Part shown: in pieces, positions 11,542 to 20,732 of the stretch | How the letters are laid out: each line of letters starts with the position of its first letter | Numbering within the stretch: position 1 is the stretch's first letter | Assembly (NCBI GenBank): GCA_913064945.1 | Contig: CAJYAN010000008.1 | Span: 7,440 to 71,439 of the forward strand | Reading direction: 5' to 3' | From: an uncultured Gammaproteobacteria bacterium | GTDB lineage: Bacteria; Pseudomonadota; Gammaproteobacteria; UBA6429; Thiohalophilaceae | Length of the DNA stretch: 64,000 nucleotides | Program-made: the position numbers and the translations under genes | Notes under the pieces: model-generated | The model's input: the letters and a program-made list of their open reading frames with translations, nothing else | The model's database searches: none | Told to the model about the DNA's origin: nothing

Positions 11542-13640
11542 ATCACCTGTACCTCGCGGAACATTCCTGCCTTCATGTGATAGAGCAGGTGACAGTGATA
11601 GGCCCAGCGACCTTTGGCATCTGCCAGTACTCGGTAACTAACCGTATGCCCCGGCTTGACGACGACAGTATGCTTACGTACCTGAAACCCCCCTTCCGGT
11701 GTTTCGATTTCGCTCCACAGACCGTGCAAATGAATGGGATGGTCCATCATGGTATCGTTGACCAGCACAATACGAACAACTTCGCCATAGTGGAGTTTAA
11801 TTGGTTCGGCATCAGAGAACTTTACGCCATCGAAAGACCACATGTAGCGTTCCATGTTGCCAGTAAGATGAATTTCGATGGTGCGTCCCGGTTGCCGCTG
11901 GTCCAACCAGCCATCCCGACTTTTCAGATCTGCATAGGTCAATACGCGTCTGCCGTTATTACGCAGACCGGCACCCGGGTCGCTGAGACTTCTTGACACC
12001 TCATCGGCATGCATCGCGGTGCCGGGGCCGTATTCGGTTGCGGCATGATGAGTGACCTTCATCATGCTGCTACCAGACATATCCATGCCCTTCATCTCAC
12101 CTTGCATGCCATGCTGCATCGCGGACATGTCCTGTTTGCCATGTTGCATACCGGACATGTCCATACCCTTCATGTCCTGCTTGCCGTGCTGCATACCGGC
12201 CATGTCCATGCCCTTCATGTCCTGTTTGCCATGCTGCATACCGGCCATGTCCATGCCATTCATGTCCTGCTTGCCATGCTGCATACCGGACATGTCCATA
12301 CCCTTCATGTCCTGCTTGCCGTGCTGCATACCGGCCATGTCCATGCCATTCATGTCCTGTTTGCCATGCTGCATACCGGACATGTCCATGCCCTTCATGT
12401 CCTGCTTGCCGTGCTGCATACCGGCCATGCCCTTCATGTCCTGTTTGCCATTCTGCATACCAGACATATCCATACCCGGCATATCACTCATGGACATGCC
12501 CATATCCGCCATCGTCAATGTGGGTACAGGGTCAAGCGCTGGGGCCTCTGCCTTCATTCCCATTCGTGAAGTTAGACTGCCACAGGTAAAGCCTGAGCGA
12601 TCCATTGACTGGGCGAAAATGCTGTAGGCTTGATCGCCCTGAGGTTCGACGATGACATCGTAGGTTTCAGCGACACCAATACGGAACTCATCGACGCTGA
12701 CGGGATGAACGTTCTGACCATCGGCGGCAACGACCGTCATTTTCAATCCGGGAATACGGACATCGAAAAAACTCATGGCCGAGCCATTAATCACCCGCAG
12801 ACGAACCTTTTCACCTGGCTTAAAAACACCACTCCAGTTTCCCGCGGGGGTCATGCCATTCATCAAGTAGGTATACGTCGCACCAGAGACATCGGCCAGA
12901 TCACGTGGACTCATGCGCATTTTGTCCCACATAGCACGCTCTGCCCAGGCACTACCGAGACCATTTTGCTTCGCCTGACGAATAAAGTCACCCAGGGTGA
13001 GCTTGGCATAGTTATAGTAACCATCCATTTTTTTCAAACGCGAGTAGACGTAGTCCGGACTATCGTCAGTCCAGTCGGAGAGCATCACAACATAGTCGCG
13101 ATCATACGGAGCTGGTTCATGGTCGCGTGGTTCAATAACGATGGGGCCATAAAGACCGGTTTGTTCCTGAAAGCCTGAATGACTGTGATACCAGTAGGTA
13201 CCGCTTTGGCCTACTTTAAAGCGATAGGTAAAGGTCTCGCCGGGCGCTATACCGGCATAGGTTAAACCTGGGACACCATCCATGGCGTTTGGCAGGATAA
13301 TTCCGTGCCAGTGAATCGAGGTGGAATGTTTCAGGTGATTCGTGACGCGTAGCGTTACGGTGTCACCCTCACGCCAGCGTAGTTCAGGTGCCGGTATCTG
13401 GCCATTGACCGCTGTGGCCATCGCCTTTTGACCGGTAAAGTTAACGGCGAGCTCACTGATGGATAAATCAAATTCAGTACCGCGTAGCACCTGACGTTGA
13501 GCAGGATTGCTCAGGGCCCAGGCAGGACGATTGAGTAAACCAAGTCCCAGAACTGCCCCGCCGGCAGCCAAGCCTTGAACAAAACGGCGCCGTGAGGTAT
13601 CCATCTCATCGGTGTAGTACGAAGAACGACGATTCTTCAT
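11538..13640 (-). CDS. copA: Multicopper oxidase CopA/PcoA with Tat signal and Met-rich repeat insert
   Basis: Tat motif SRRRFVQGLAAGG. Cupredoxin copper-ligand motifs HWHG, HSH and HPIHLHG...HCHLLYHM. I prefer the ATG at 13640 (MKNRRSS...) because AAGGAG lies 8 nt upstream of it. The ORF track's longer form starts at 13673. Confidence 0.93.
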   Translation of the reverse strand: MKNRRSSYYTDEMDTSRRRFVQGLAAGGAVLGLGLLNRPAWALSNPAQRQVLRGTEFDLSISELAVNFTGQKAMATAVNGQIPAPELRWREGDTVTLRVTNHLKHSTSIHWHGIILPNAMDGVPGLTYAGIAPGETFTYRFKVGQSGTYWYHSHSGFQEQTGLYGPIVIEPRDHEPAPYDRDYVVMLSDWTDDSPDYVYSRLKKMDGYYNYAKLTLGDFIRQAKQNGLGSAWAERAMWDKMRMSPRDLADVSGATYTYLMNGMTPAGNWSGVFKPGEKVRLRVINGSAMSFFDVRIPGLKMTVVAADGQNVHPVSVDEFRIGVAETYDVIVEPQGDQAYSIFAQSMDRSGFTCGSLTSRMGMKAEAPALDPVPTLTMADMGMSMSDMPGMDMSGMQNGKQDMKGMAGMQHGKQDMKGMDMSGMQHGKQDMNGMDMAGMQHGKQDMKGMDMSGMQHGKQDMNGMDMAGMQHGKQDMKGMDMAGMQHGKQDMKGMDMSGMQHGKQDMSAMQHGMQGEMKGMDMSGSSMMKVTHHAATEYGPGTAMHADEVSRSLSDPGAGLRNNGRRVLTYADLKSRDGWLDQRQPGRTIEIHLTGNMERYMWSFDGVKFSDAEPIKLHYGEVVRIVLVNDTMMDHPIHLHGLWSEIETPEGGFQVRKHTVVVKPGHTVSYRVLADAKGRWAYHCHLLYHMKAGMFREVQVI
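12126..12479 (-). repeat. In-frame 45-bp tandem repeat (about 8 units) inside copA
   Basis: Six full 45-bp units occupy 12126-12395 and differ from each other at only a few positions. A 39-bp unit and one degenerate unit follow. Each unit encodes GMQHGKQDM[K/N]GMDM[S/A]. Confidence 0.95.
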
Positions 13641-13748
13641 GATAATACTCCTTAATACACATAAATCGATCAACAGATTTGATCGTTGTGAATGATTTAA
13701 ATTTTTACCTGGATGTATGCGATGTGCATACGGGTAGTAAGAGGGATT

Positions 13749-14141
13749 TTAGCTTCGCGGAGGACGCAGTAAGGGCGGGCGTATATATGCCAGTGGGATA
13801 GTATCAACTTGAATATTGAGCTTTGAATTTATGAAACCCTGTTGCAGCACCGGCAGAGGATTGGAAAAGAGCGCGGTGAAAGACACACAATGCATCATGC
13901 AGGTATGACTTCCGTCCGGACAGCAGGGTTTATGTTTTCCGGTCTGGTTATGATCACAGGACGTCGTCATCTGGTAGACCACGTCATAACCCGTGGCTGA
14001 ATGCATCATGGGGGTATCATGGGAGACTACAGCATAAGCCGTGGTGAAATTGAATAGCACAGCAAGCGCCAGCAGCAGGGTAAAAAACCGCTGTCGTGGT
14101 ATCCAGTGCAGGATAGTGGCTTGATAATTTCGCTTATGCAT
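13749..14141 (-). CDS. Secreted Cys/His/Met-rich protein upstream of copA (putative copper-binding or sensing accessory protein)
   Basis: 130 aa with an N-terminal hydrophobic signal/anchor (FFTLLLALAVLFNFTTAYA). Metal-ligand cluster SCDHNQTGKHKPCCPDGSHTCMMHC. Same strand as copA, with its stop 108 bp upstream of the copA start. Confidence 0.6.
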   Translation of the reverse strand: MHKRNYQATILHWIPRQRFFTLLLALAVLFNFTTAYAVVSHDTPMMHSATGYDVVYQMTTSCDHNQTGKHKPCCPDGSHTCMMHCVSFTALFSNPLPVLQQGFINSKLNIQVDTIPLAYIRPPLLRPPRS

Positions 14142-14684
14142 TACAACAAAATGACCTTTGAAAGCATACCCCGAATCTACACGAAATTGGCATCCGTATC
14201 AAGACTATCTCCCTGTAAGGGGCCATTGGAGGTAGCATGTCCTGTACTGCTGAGGTTGTACCTGCACAAATACTCGGTGTACAATTTTGCAATTGCATCA
14301 CCACTTGTCAAATAGCACCAGCAGGCCTCAGATTACTCTGAAACCGTGGGAATATTGGGGTTGTTACGCTGCACGGTTTCTCATCGACACTACCCCAGTA
14401 AGCGCAAAGAATGCCATGTGAACATTGAAGTGAGTCGGTAGTCTATGGCCGCTTCATATGATTTTGCCGCGACGCCTGCCCCACGTTTTGAAGACTAACA
14501 AGAAAATATCAGGGCCTGGCCAGGCTTAACAGCCGCGATAGCGATTGCCGATGTTGAGCCGAAATCTGCAACTGTTTTTATAACCCATGAGATGCCTTAG
14601 CCTGAGAAATATAACCAAAATAATGTGGGCAAACTGAATATGCCCTTATACAAAGTCTTGAGCGCGTCAAAATGATTGCCTAAT

Positions 14685-15590
14685 TTAGTGTATCGGTATG
14701 GTTAGTTCAATTTCTTCGCGCAGGCGCTTGACGACGTTATATCCTTCATCAATGGCTTCACGCGCTCGATCAAACTCCATCATACCAATATTTTCAAGCC
14801 GAGGATTGAGGTATATATCCGGTGGGTCTCCTGCCATGCGGCTACGCGTAATGCGTTCCTGCATAATGAATATTGAACTACTGAGGACATCGGTGATTCC
14901 TGGGTGTGATTCCTGCCTCTCACCTAAAATACGGTTTTTTAAGACAGTTAACCATTCAGCAATATCGGTGCTGCCTTTCTGCAAATTATTTTTGGAGTCA
15001 GATTTTTTATTGTTAAAGGTATCAAAGTGTTTGGTGATAAGATTTGAATTGAGATTGACCGCGATAACTTTGTCAGCGCCGAGTGCACGACATAAAGAAA
15101 TTGGCACGGGATTAACCAACCCCCCATCAGCCAACCACATGTCACGATGGTACCAGGGAGAAAACAGTCCCGGTACGGCAATGGAGGCGCGAATCGCATT
15201 CCATAAGGGACCTTTTTGCAACCAGATTTCATTACCGTTCGAGAGATCCGTTGCAATGGCACCAAAGGGAACAGGGAGATCCTCAATACTATGAGCACTG
15301 AAGTAATGCTTAAATGTGTGCATTAATTTTTCACCTTCAATTAATCCACCAGCAAACAGATTAATATCTAACAGTGCGGCAATGTCACGGCGTCGGAGTT
15401 TAACAACCCATGCCTCAAGTTCGTCCAGATTACCGACAACATAGGCCGCCCCAACGAGAGAACCAATTGAGGTGCCGGCGATGACATCAGGTTTGATGCC
15501 CATCTCTTCCAGCGCGCGAATAACACCGATATGTGCCCAACCGCGAGCGGCGCCACCACCAAGTGCAAGGCCAATTTTTGGAGTCGTCAT
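14685..15590 (-). CDS. Patatin-like phospholipase (RssA-type)
   Basis: 301 aa. Oxyanion motif GLALGGGAARGWAHIGV, nucleophile elbow GTSIGS, and the catalytic Asp context (ADGGLVNPVP). Confidence 0.88.
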   Translation of the reverse strand: MTTPKIGLALGGGAARGWAHIGVIRALEEMGIKPDVIAGTSIGSLVGAAYVVGNLDELEAWVVKLRRRDIAALLDINLFAGGLIEGEKLMHTFKHYFSAHSIEDLPVPFGAIATDLSNGNEIWLQKGPLWNAIRASIAVPGLFSPWYHRDMWLADGGLVNPVPISLCRALGADKVIAVNLNSNLITKHFDTFNNKKSDSKNNLQKGSTDIAEWLTVLKNRILGERQESHPGITDVLSSSIFIMQERITRSRMAGDPPDIYLNPRLENIGMMEFDRAREAIDEGYNVVKRLREEIELTIPIH

Positions 15591-15648
15591 GATTGTGATT
15601 ATTAATGAATAAGTGTCCGTTTACAAATAATATACAACATATTGCCTG

Positions 15649-16725
15649 TTAGTGATGTGCCTCCCCCAGATAATGACGACTCCCCATTTCGGACAGACGA
15701 CTAACCGCACGGGCAAAGGCGAAGGCCATATTTTTCCCGGTGTAGAGGTCCTCTGGTGAAGCATCCGCTGAAATAAAGACTTTGACACGGTGGTCATAGA
15801 GGGCGTCAATGAGATGTACAAAGCGTCGTGCGACGTCATTTTGCTCATCATTCATATGCTGGATATTGCTGATAAACACAGTCTGAAAGCACTGAGCGAT
15901 TTCAAGATAATCGATCGCTGAACGTGCGCTTCGACAGAGCTCAGAAAAATCAAACCAGATTATATCGTTGGCCCAGGCAACATACTTAATATGACGATCA
16001 TTAATACGTAAATCACGGTCATGTTTTGCTTCAACATCCGCCAGACGTTCGAAGTGCGCCTCGAGCTCAGGACAGCTTTCGCTATTTGAAGCAATATAAT
16101 AAGTCTTGATACGTTCCAGGTAGCTAAAACGAAAGTCGATCCCCTGCCCCAGGCTTACTTCTGAGGTATACTGATGCAGGAGTTCGATGGCAGGTAAAAA
16201 ACTTTCTCTCTGTAAACCATCCATATATAACTGTTCGATAGCAATATTCGAGGTTGTTACCAGTGTTACACCATTGGCAAATAAACTTTCCAGCAATCTT
16301 GCTAAAATCATCGCATCGGTGATATCCGTGACATGGAATTCATCCAGACAAAGTAAACGATATTGTTGCGCCCATTGCTTACCAATAATTTTTAGTGGCT
16401 CTGATACATGTGAGAGCTCACGTATCTGTGCATGTATATCGCGCATAAACCGATGGAAATGCAGGCGATTTTTTTCAGTAAAATCCAGACAGGAATAAAA
16501 ATTGTCCATCAATTGTGTCTTGCCACGTCCGGTACCGCCGCATAAATATAGACCATGGTTGTTAACGCTGTTTCGGAAAAATCCTGAAAAGCGGTGTCGC
16601 TTTTTTCCGTGGCCTTTTAACCAGTGGTAGAGACTATCAAGTTGCGAAATAGCCGTCATCTGGGCCTCATCGCGGACAAGGTGGCCATGTGATATCTCGG
16701 CTTCATACTTTTGGCTCGGTGTCAT
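15649..16725 (-). CDS. zapE: AFG1/ZapE-family ATPase
   Basis: 358 aa. Walker A LCGGTGRGKT and Walker B LLCLDEFHV. The overall AFG1-like layout starts with YEAEISHGHLVRDEAQ. Confidence 0.85.
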   Translation of the reverse strand: MTPSQKYEAEISHGHLVRDEAQMTAISQLDSLYHWLKGHGKKRHRFSGFFRNSVNNHGLYLCGGTGRGKTQLMDNFYSCLDFTEKNRLHFHRFMRDIHAQIRELSHVSEPLKIIGKQWAQQYRLLCLDEFHVTDITDAMILARLLESLFANGVTLVTTSNIAIEQLYMDGLQRESFLPAIELLHQYTSEVSLGQGIDFRFSYLERIKTYYIASNSESCPELEAHFERLADVEAKHDRDLRINDRHIKYVAWANDIIWFDFSELCRSARSAIDYLEIAQCFQTVFISNIQHMNDEQNDVARRFVHLIDALYDHRVKVFISADASPEDLYTGKNMAFAFARAVSRLSEMGSRHYLGEAHH

Positions 16726-16980
16726 TTAGGTAATGCTGCCTTTCTGGATGGCCTTTTCGATAACTTACAGATTGCTAGTCGTGAACAGGAGTGGATCTTA
16801 TCTCAGGGTCTTTATTGCCGCCAATGAAGTCGTCTGGCCGATTTGGTATGGCGATAAGTTGGCCAATATTATTCCCCCTTGCCGTAGCTGCATGCTATCA
16901 AACGCGCCATAGTAAATTTGAATATCCTATAGCTAAAACTGACAAGCCAATGTTTATGTTAGCGGTAAGTCAGCGTTCTT

Positions 16981-18939
16981 TTATGCCACTTCACTTAACC
17001 AATAAAAACCAAATCCGGCGACTACCAGCGTCTTTTTGAAAATATCAGGTGTAAACCCTGAATATAGGTCGACCAGACGCGCATGCTTATTGGTGGCCCA
17101 GCGCCCGACTGTCGATAAGTCAAGATGCTGTGGCTTGCCATCAAAGTTCGCAATTACTAAAACTTGTTCGGATGGCTTAATCAGACTGTAACGTTCAAAA
17201 ACAAATAAGTGGGGATTTTCAACTTCAATGAGTGTTCTATTGTTGAAATCTGCAAAGACGTCGATCTCCTTGCGTACAGAAATCATTCTTTTTAAAGCGC
17301 TGAAGATTTTGTACTCTACTGTACCAGGCATATTACGGTTTTCTGCCTTGTCCCAGTTAATTGTCGGCCGATGCACCCAGCGGGAATCACCAGCCTTATT
17401 CGGGTCTTCCTGATAGGAATAGTCATTCAATTGGCCTAGTTCATCACCATAATACAGCAAAGGTATGCCGCCAAACGATAAGATCATGCTGTGCAATAAT
17501 AATATGCTTCCAACGGCAGCTTCCGTTGACTGGGGATTACCTTCATCCAATGCATGTTGCAGCCCGACCAGCGATGCCAACGATCCAGAGATACGCGCGT
17601 CACCATTTTTTTCATTGTGACCAAATGGTAGCCCACGGGCATAGGAATCTGAAAATTTTCCAGTATAATAATCGAGGAGAAATTTTCGGTGTTGTGCTGG
17701 TTCATAGCCTGCTAACTGAATATCACTGTCATCAAATCCTAGACCAATATCATCATGACAGCGCGCATAATTTAACCACGTAGCGCGTTCCAGTTTAACT
17801 GGTAGACTTTTGATTCCCTGGTTTAGAAGTTTGGCATTTTTCGTTGCCATAGCATCCCATAACAAAGCCATAAAGGTAGCGTTATAGGCAATCTCACATT
17901 CCTTGGCAATGACGGCGTCTTCGCCAAAATACTTGGCTACTTCAAACGGTGCCACAATCGCCTCGGCGATAAACAAAACACCGGGTGCCGTAACCTGACA
18001 GCAATCTTTTAGTAGCTGCAGGATTAAATGTGCTTCACGCTCATTTTGACAAGTGCTGCCAATTTTTTTCCATAAGAAAGCAACGGCATCCAGGCGGAGA
18101 ATGTCCGCACCTTTATTGGCCCAGTATAATATAATATCCAGCATCTCGATAAATACTGCAGGATTGCTGTAATTAAGATCCCATTGGAAATTGTTAAAGA
18201 CCGTCATTACCCAGCGTTCCATTTCTTCATCCCAGGTAAAATTACCAGGTGAATTTTCCGGAAAAATTTCTGGCATGCTCTGTTCAAACATATCAGGTAC
18301 ATTGCGATTTTCAAACGTATAATAATAATTTTGATAGACGGGGTCGCCTGCACGGGCTTTTTGCGCCCATTCATGCTCATTGGAGGTATGGTTTACCACG
18401 ACATCCAATACCAGCAAGATATCTCGCAAACGCATTTCATCTGCTAATTTTGACAAATCTTCCATGGAACCGATACGTGAATCAACTTCACGAAAATTAC
18501 TCACCGCATAGCCGCCATCACTGTGACCTTCGGGACAGCGCATGATGGGCATAATATGTGCGAGATTGACACCTAACTCCTGAAAATAGCCCAGATGCTC
18601 ACGCACACCATTAAGGTCACCGGCAAAACCATTACTATACAACGCCATGCCTACCCATTTCTGACTTAGAAACCAGTTATGATTATTTTCACGCTCGATG
18701 TCTATCTCTTTATAAACATCAGGCCGTTGTATATACTGACGGGCCATGGTTTCAACGAGACGTAGCGCCTGCGTTTTAAAGTCATCCCGATGACCGTAGA
18801 GACGTTCAAAGAGAGAGTGTATGGCGTAGAAGTTGGCGCCAAGTCGGGTATAAAAATGACGTAGGTCCTGCTTACTGATTTCAGTTTTGAGGTTGTTAAG
18901 AATGTCATTTAATAGTGAATGAGATACCTGCTCGTACAT
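16981..18939 (-). CDS. ams: Amylosucrase (GH13 sucrose glucosyltransferase)
   Basis: 652 aa. GH13 conserved regions are present: DVVVNHTS, ILRLDAVAFLWK, FIAEAIV, NYARCHDDIG. The amylosucrase-type N-terminal helical domain is also present. It is the last gene of the sucrose operon. Confidence 0.88.
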   Translation of the reverse strand: MYEQVSHSLLNDILNNLKTEISKQDLRHFYTRLGANFYAIHSLFERLYGHRDDFKTQALRLVETMARQYIQRPDVYKEIDIERENNHNWFLSQKWVGMALYSNGFAGDLNGVREHLGYFQELGVNLAHIMPIMRCPEGHSDGGYAVSNFREVDSRIGSMEDLSKLADEMRLRDILLVLDVVVNHTSNEHEWAQKARAGDPVYQNYYYTFENRNVPDMFEQSMPEIFPENSPGNFTWDEEMERWVMTVFNNFQWDLNYSNPAVFIEMLDIILYWANKGADILRLDAVAFLWKKIGSTCQNEREAHLILQLLKDCCQVTAPGVLFIAEAIVAPFEVAKYFGEDAVIAKECEIAYNATFMALLWDAMATKNAKLLNQGIKSLPVKLERATWLNYARCHDDIGLGFDDSDIQLAGYEPAQHRKFLLDYYTGKFSDSYARGLPFGHNEKNGDARISGSLASLVGLQHALDEGNPQSTEAAVGSILLLHSMILSFGGIPLLYYGDELGQLNDYSYQEDPNKAGDSRWVHRPTINWDKAENRNMPGTVEYKIFSALKRMISVRKEIDVFADFNNRTLIEVENPHLFVFERYSLIKPSEQVLVIANFDGKPQHLDLSTVGRWATNKHARLVDLYSGFTPDIFKKTLVVAGFGFYWLSEVA

Positions 18940-18988
18940 GAATTGGCCTTACGTTCCGAATATAAAGAAACTTATTTGTAATAAAAGT

Positions 18989-19951
18989 CTAGGCACGATA
19001 TGCCCGATAAAAATTCCGGTCTAGCGTAGTCGCACCACGCAGACCAACAACCTTGCTGGCAAAGTCCTGTGCGGCACTAACAATATCGGCAATCGGCATC
19101 GCCATTCTAAGACCATGCAAAAAGACCGCTGTAAACGCATCTCCGGCACCTACAGTATCAACAAACTGTGAAACTACTGGCAAAGGCGACGTATAAATCT
19201 GGCCTTGCATACTGCGAACGATTGTACCCGATGCGCCACGTGTAAGAATAAGTAATTCAATTGTATACTCATCCTGTAATGCTTGCATTTGATGCTCGAC
19301 ACTACCGCTAACCTGAGATAACTTTTCCAGCTCAATATCGTTAAGTTTTACCCAGCGTGCACTTTTTAGATAATCCTGGATTTCAACCAGGTGCCACCAG
19401 GGTGCGCGCAGGTTGACATCAAGAAAAATTGATATCCCGGGGGAAGACGCCAGTACCTCATATGCCTGTCGTGTTGTATGATTGCGTAGCGCCAGCGTGC
19501 CATGATACAGAATTGTGTTGTTAACAGGCAGGTCAATGGTGTCAGAAGATATATAATCATAGGCACAATCTGGCGTGATACTATAATGTGGTTCATTATC
19601 TATCATTGTGATTTCGACGCGCCCAGTTGAATGCTGAGAGTCGAATTGGATGTACGTAATATCCATGCCCCAGTCACGCATCGCCTGTAATATTTCCGCC
19701 CCCATCTCATCCCGCCCCACTCTAGAAATCAGGCAGGGATTATCGCCAAATGCCTGCAAATGCCAGGCGACATTGAAAGGAGCCCCACCGAGTACCTTTC
19801 GACCATTGGGGAAACAGTCAAATAATACTTCACCAAAAATAATGGGCTGATGATTATTTTCCACAGTAGAACCCACTATCAATAAGCGGTTGACGAAAAA
19901 CGGGAGAAAAGTGGCATACTCCCTCCAGAACTCCCGCGGCATAGTTGCCAT
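18989..19951 (-). CDS. Fructokinase (PfkB family)
   Basis: Contains GGAPFNVAWHL and DTVGAGDAF, the PfkB ATP/anion-hole motif. The start is uncertain. The longest ORF overlaps spp by 98 nt and has no SD. The GTG codons at 19864 or 19876 would remove most of the overlap. Confidence 0.85.
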   Translation of the reverse strand: MATMPREFWREYATFLPFFVNRLLIVGSTVENNHQPIIFGEVLFDCFPNGRKVLGGAPFNVAWHLQAFGDNPCLISRVGRDEMGAEILQAMRDWGMDITYIQFDSQHSTGRVEITMIDNEPHYSITPDCAYDYISSDTIDLPVNNTILYHGTLALRNHTTRQAYEVLASSPGISIFLDVNLRAPWWHLVEIQDYLKSARWVKLNDIELEKLSQVSGSVEHQMQALQDEYTIELLILTRGASGTIVRSMQGQIYTSPLPVVSQFVDTVGAGDAFTAVFLHGLRMAMPIADIVSAAQDFASKVVGLRGATTLDRNFYRAYRA

Positions 19952-20732
19952 TCATGGTAGTGTTTTTACCCGTCGCAAGAAAGAGACTGGTTAGATGCGA
20001 TTTTGCCATATTTTGCGCCATTTCTCGTACTTCAGATGTAGCATTGCCTACTAGCACCGAGGGTATTGTGCTTGTCAACACAGGTAAATCATTACCACTA
20101 TCTCCCGCAAATACAACTTCATTCAGCGAATAATTCAGTTGTCTGCGTAAAAATTCAATCGCATGCAGTTTAGTCGCGTTTTTCGGCAGAACATCTAAAA
20201 GTCCAATCGCTTTCGGTTCATCAATACTCCATATTAAGCTGGCGCTGATGTTGCGTGCCTGAAGTCGCTTCTCTATTATGGAAAGAAGATTTTGATGGTC
20301 CGAATGTAATGCCACATAGTAGCTTAATTTATGAATATTTTGCTTATCCTCTTCCTGCAAATTAAGGTCTGTGATATCAGCAAGTAAATCTTTTATCCGA
20401 GAATGATCATTGCCGTTCCAATCCATGGCAATTTCATTTTTCCATTCTTTAGACTCATGCCACTCTTGCTCATCGATACGGTAGACCATCGTGCCGACAT
20501 CAGTGATGGCATAGTTTGGCATAGGCAGGTTGTAATCTCTAATAGCGTCTTTTACCATCGCTTGATGACGTCCTGTTACATAAACCAATGTAACCTGCGG
20601 TAAACTGCAGAAGTCCGAAAATTGCTTCCTGGCCAGAAAATCCTCTGCTTGTGAACCATTAGGTATAATCGTCCTATCCATATCAGTGCAAAGTAGAAGC
20701 CTGGCTTCAAATAGTTTTGACTTACTATTCAT
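19854..20732 (-). CDS. spp: Sucrose-phosphate phosphatase (HAD family)
   Basis: 292 aa. HAD motif I DMDRT (LLLCTDMDRTIIPNG) and the later GDSGND motif. Its start overlaps the sps stop in an ATGA junction at 20729-20732. Confidence 0.88.
   Translation of the reverse strand: MNSKSKLFEARLLLCTDMDRTIIPNGSQAEDFLARKQFSDFCSLPQVTLVYVTGRHQAMVKDAIRDYNLPMPNYAITDVGTMVYRIDEQEWHESKEWKNEIAMDWNGNDHSRIKDLLADITDLNLQEEDKQNIHKLSYYVALHSDHQNLLSIIEKRLQARNISASLIWSIDEPKAIGLLDVLPKNATKLHAIEFLRRQLNYSLNEVVFAGDSGNDLPVLTSTIPSVLVGNATSEVREMAQNMAKSHLTSLFLATGKNTTMNGNYAAGVLEGVCHFSPVFRQPLIDSGFYCGK

Noticed and set aside
12126-12479. The regular short repeats could be mistaken for a CRISPR array.
   Set aside because: The units are directly abutting with no spacers. 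They are in frame within copA and encode a known type of Met-rich metal-binding insert.
12009-12627. Two long plus-strand ORFs (186 and 191 aa) encode strikingly periodic His/Leu-rich and Cys/Pro-rich peptides.
   Set aside because: They are the antisense reading of the copA Met-codon repeat (CAT/GCA periodicity). They have non-ATG starts and no SD, and they lie entirely inside a well-supported gene.
14139-14156. ATTACA-N5-ATGACC is a direct repeat at 11-bp spacing that resembles OmpR-family (CopR/CusR-type) half-sites.
   Set aside because: It overlaps the start codon of the Cys/His/Met-rich ORF, so it is on the wrong side of any promoter for that gene. It is most likely coincidental.
14340-14525. 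A 9-bp-stem hairpin (gaaaccgtg...cacggtttc, 14340-14380) and a perfect 12-bp palindrome GCCTGGCCAGGC (14514-14525) lie in the 540-bp gap after the patatin gene.
   Set aside because: Neither hairpin orientation is followed by a U-tract. Neither element is repeated elsewhere in the window. There is not enough evidence to call a terminator, REP element or operator.
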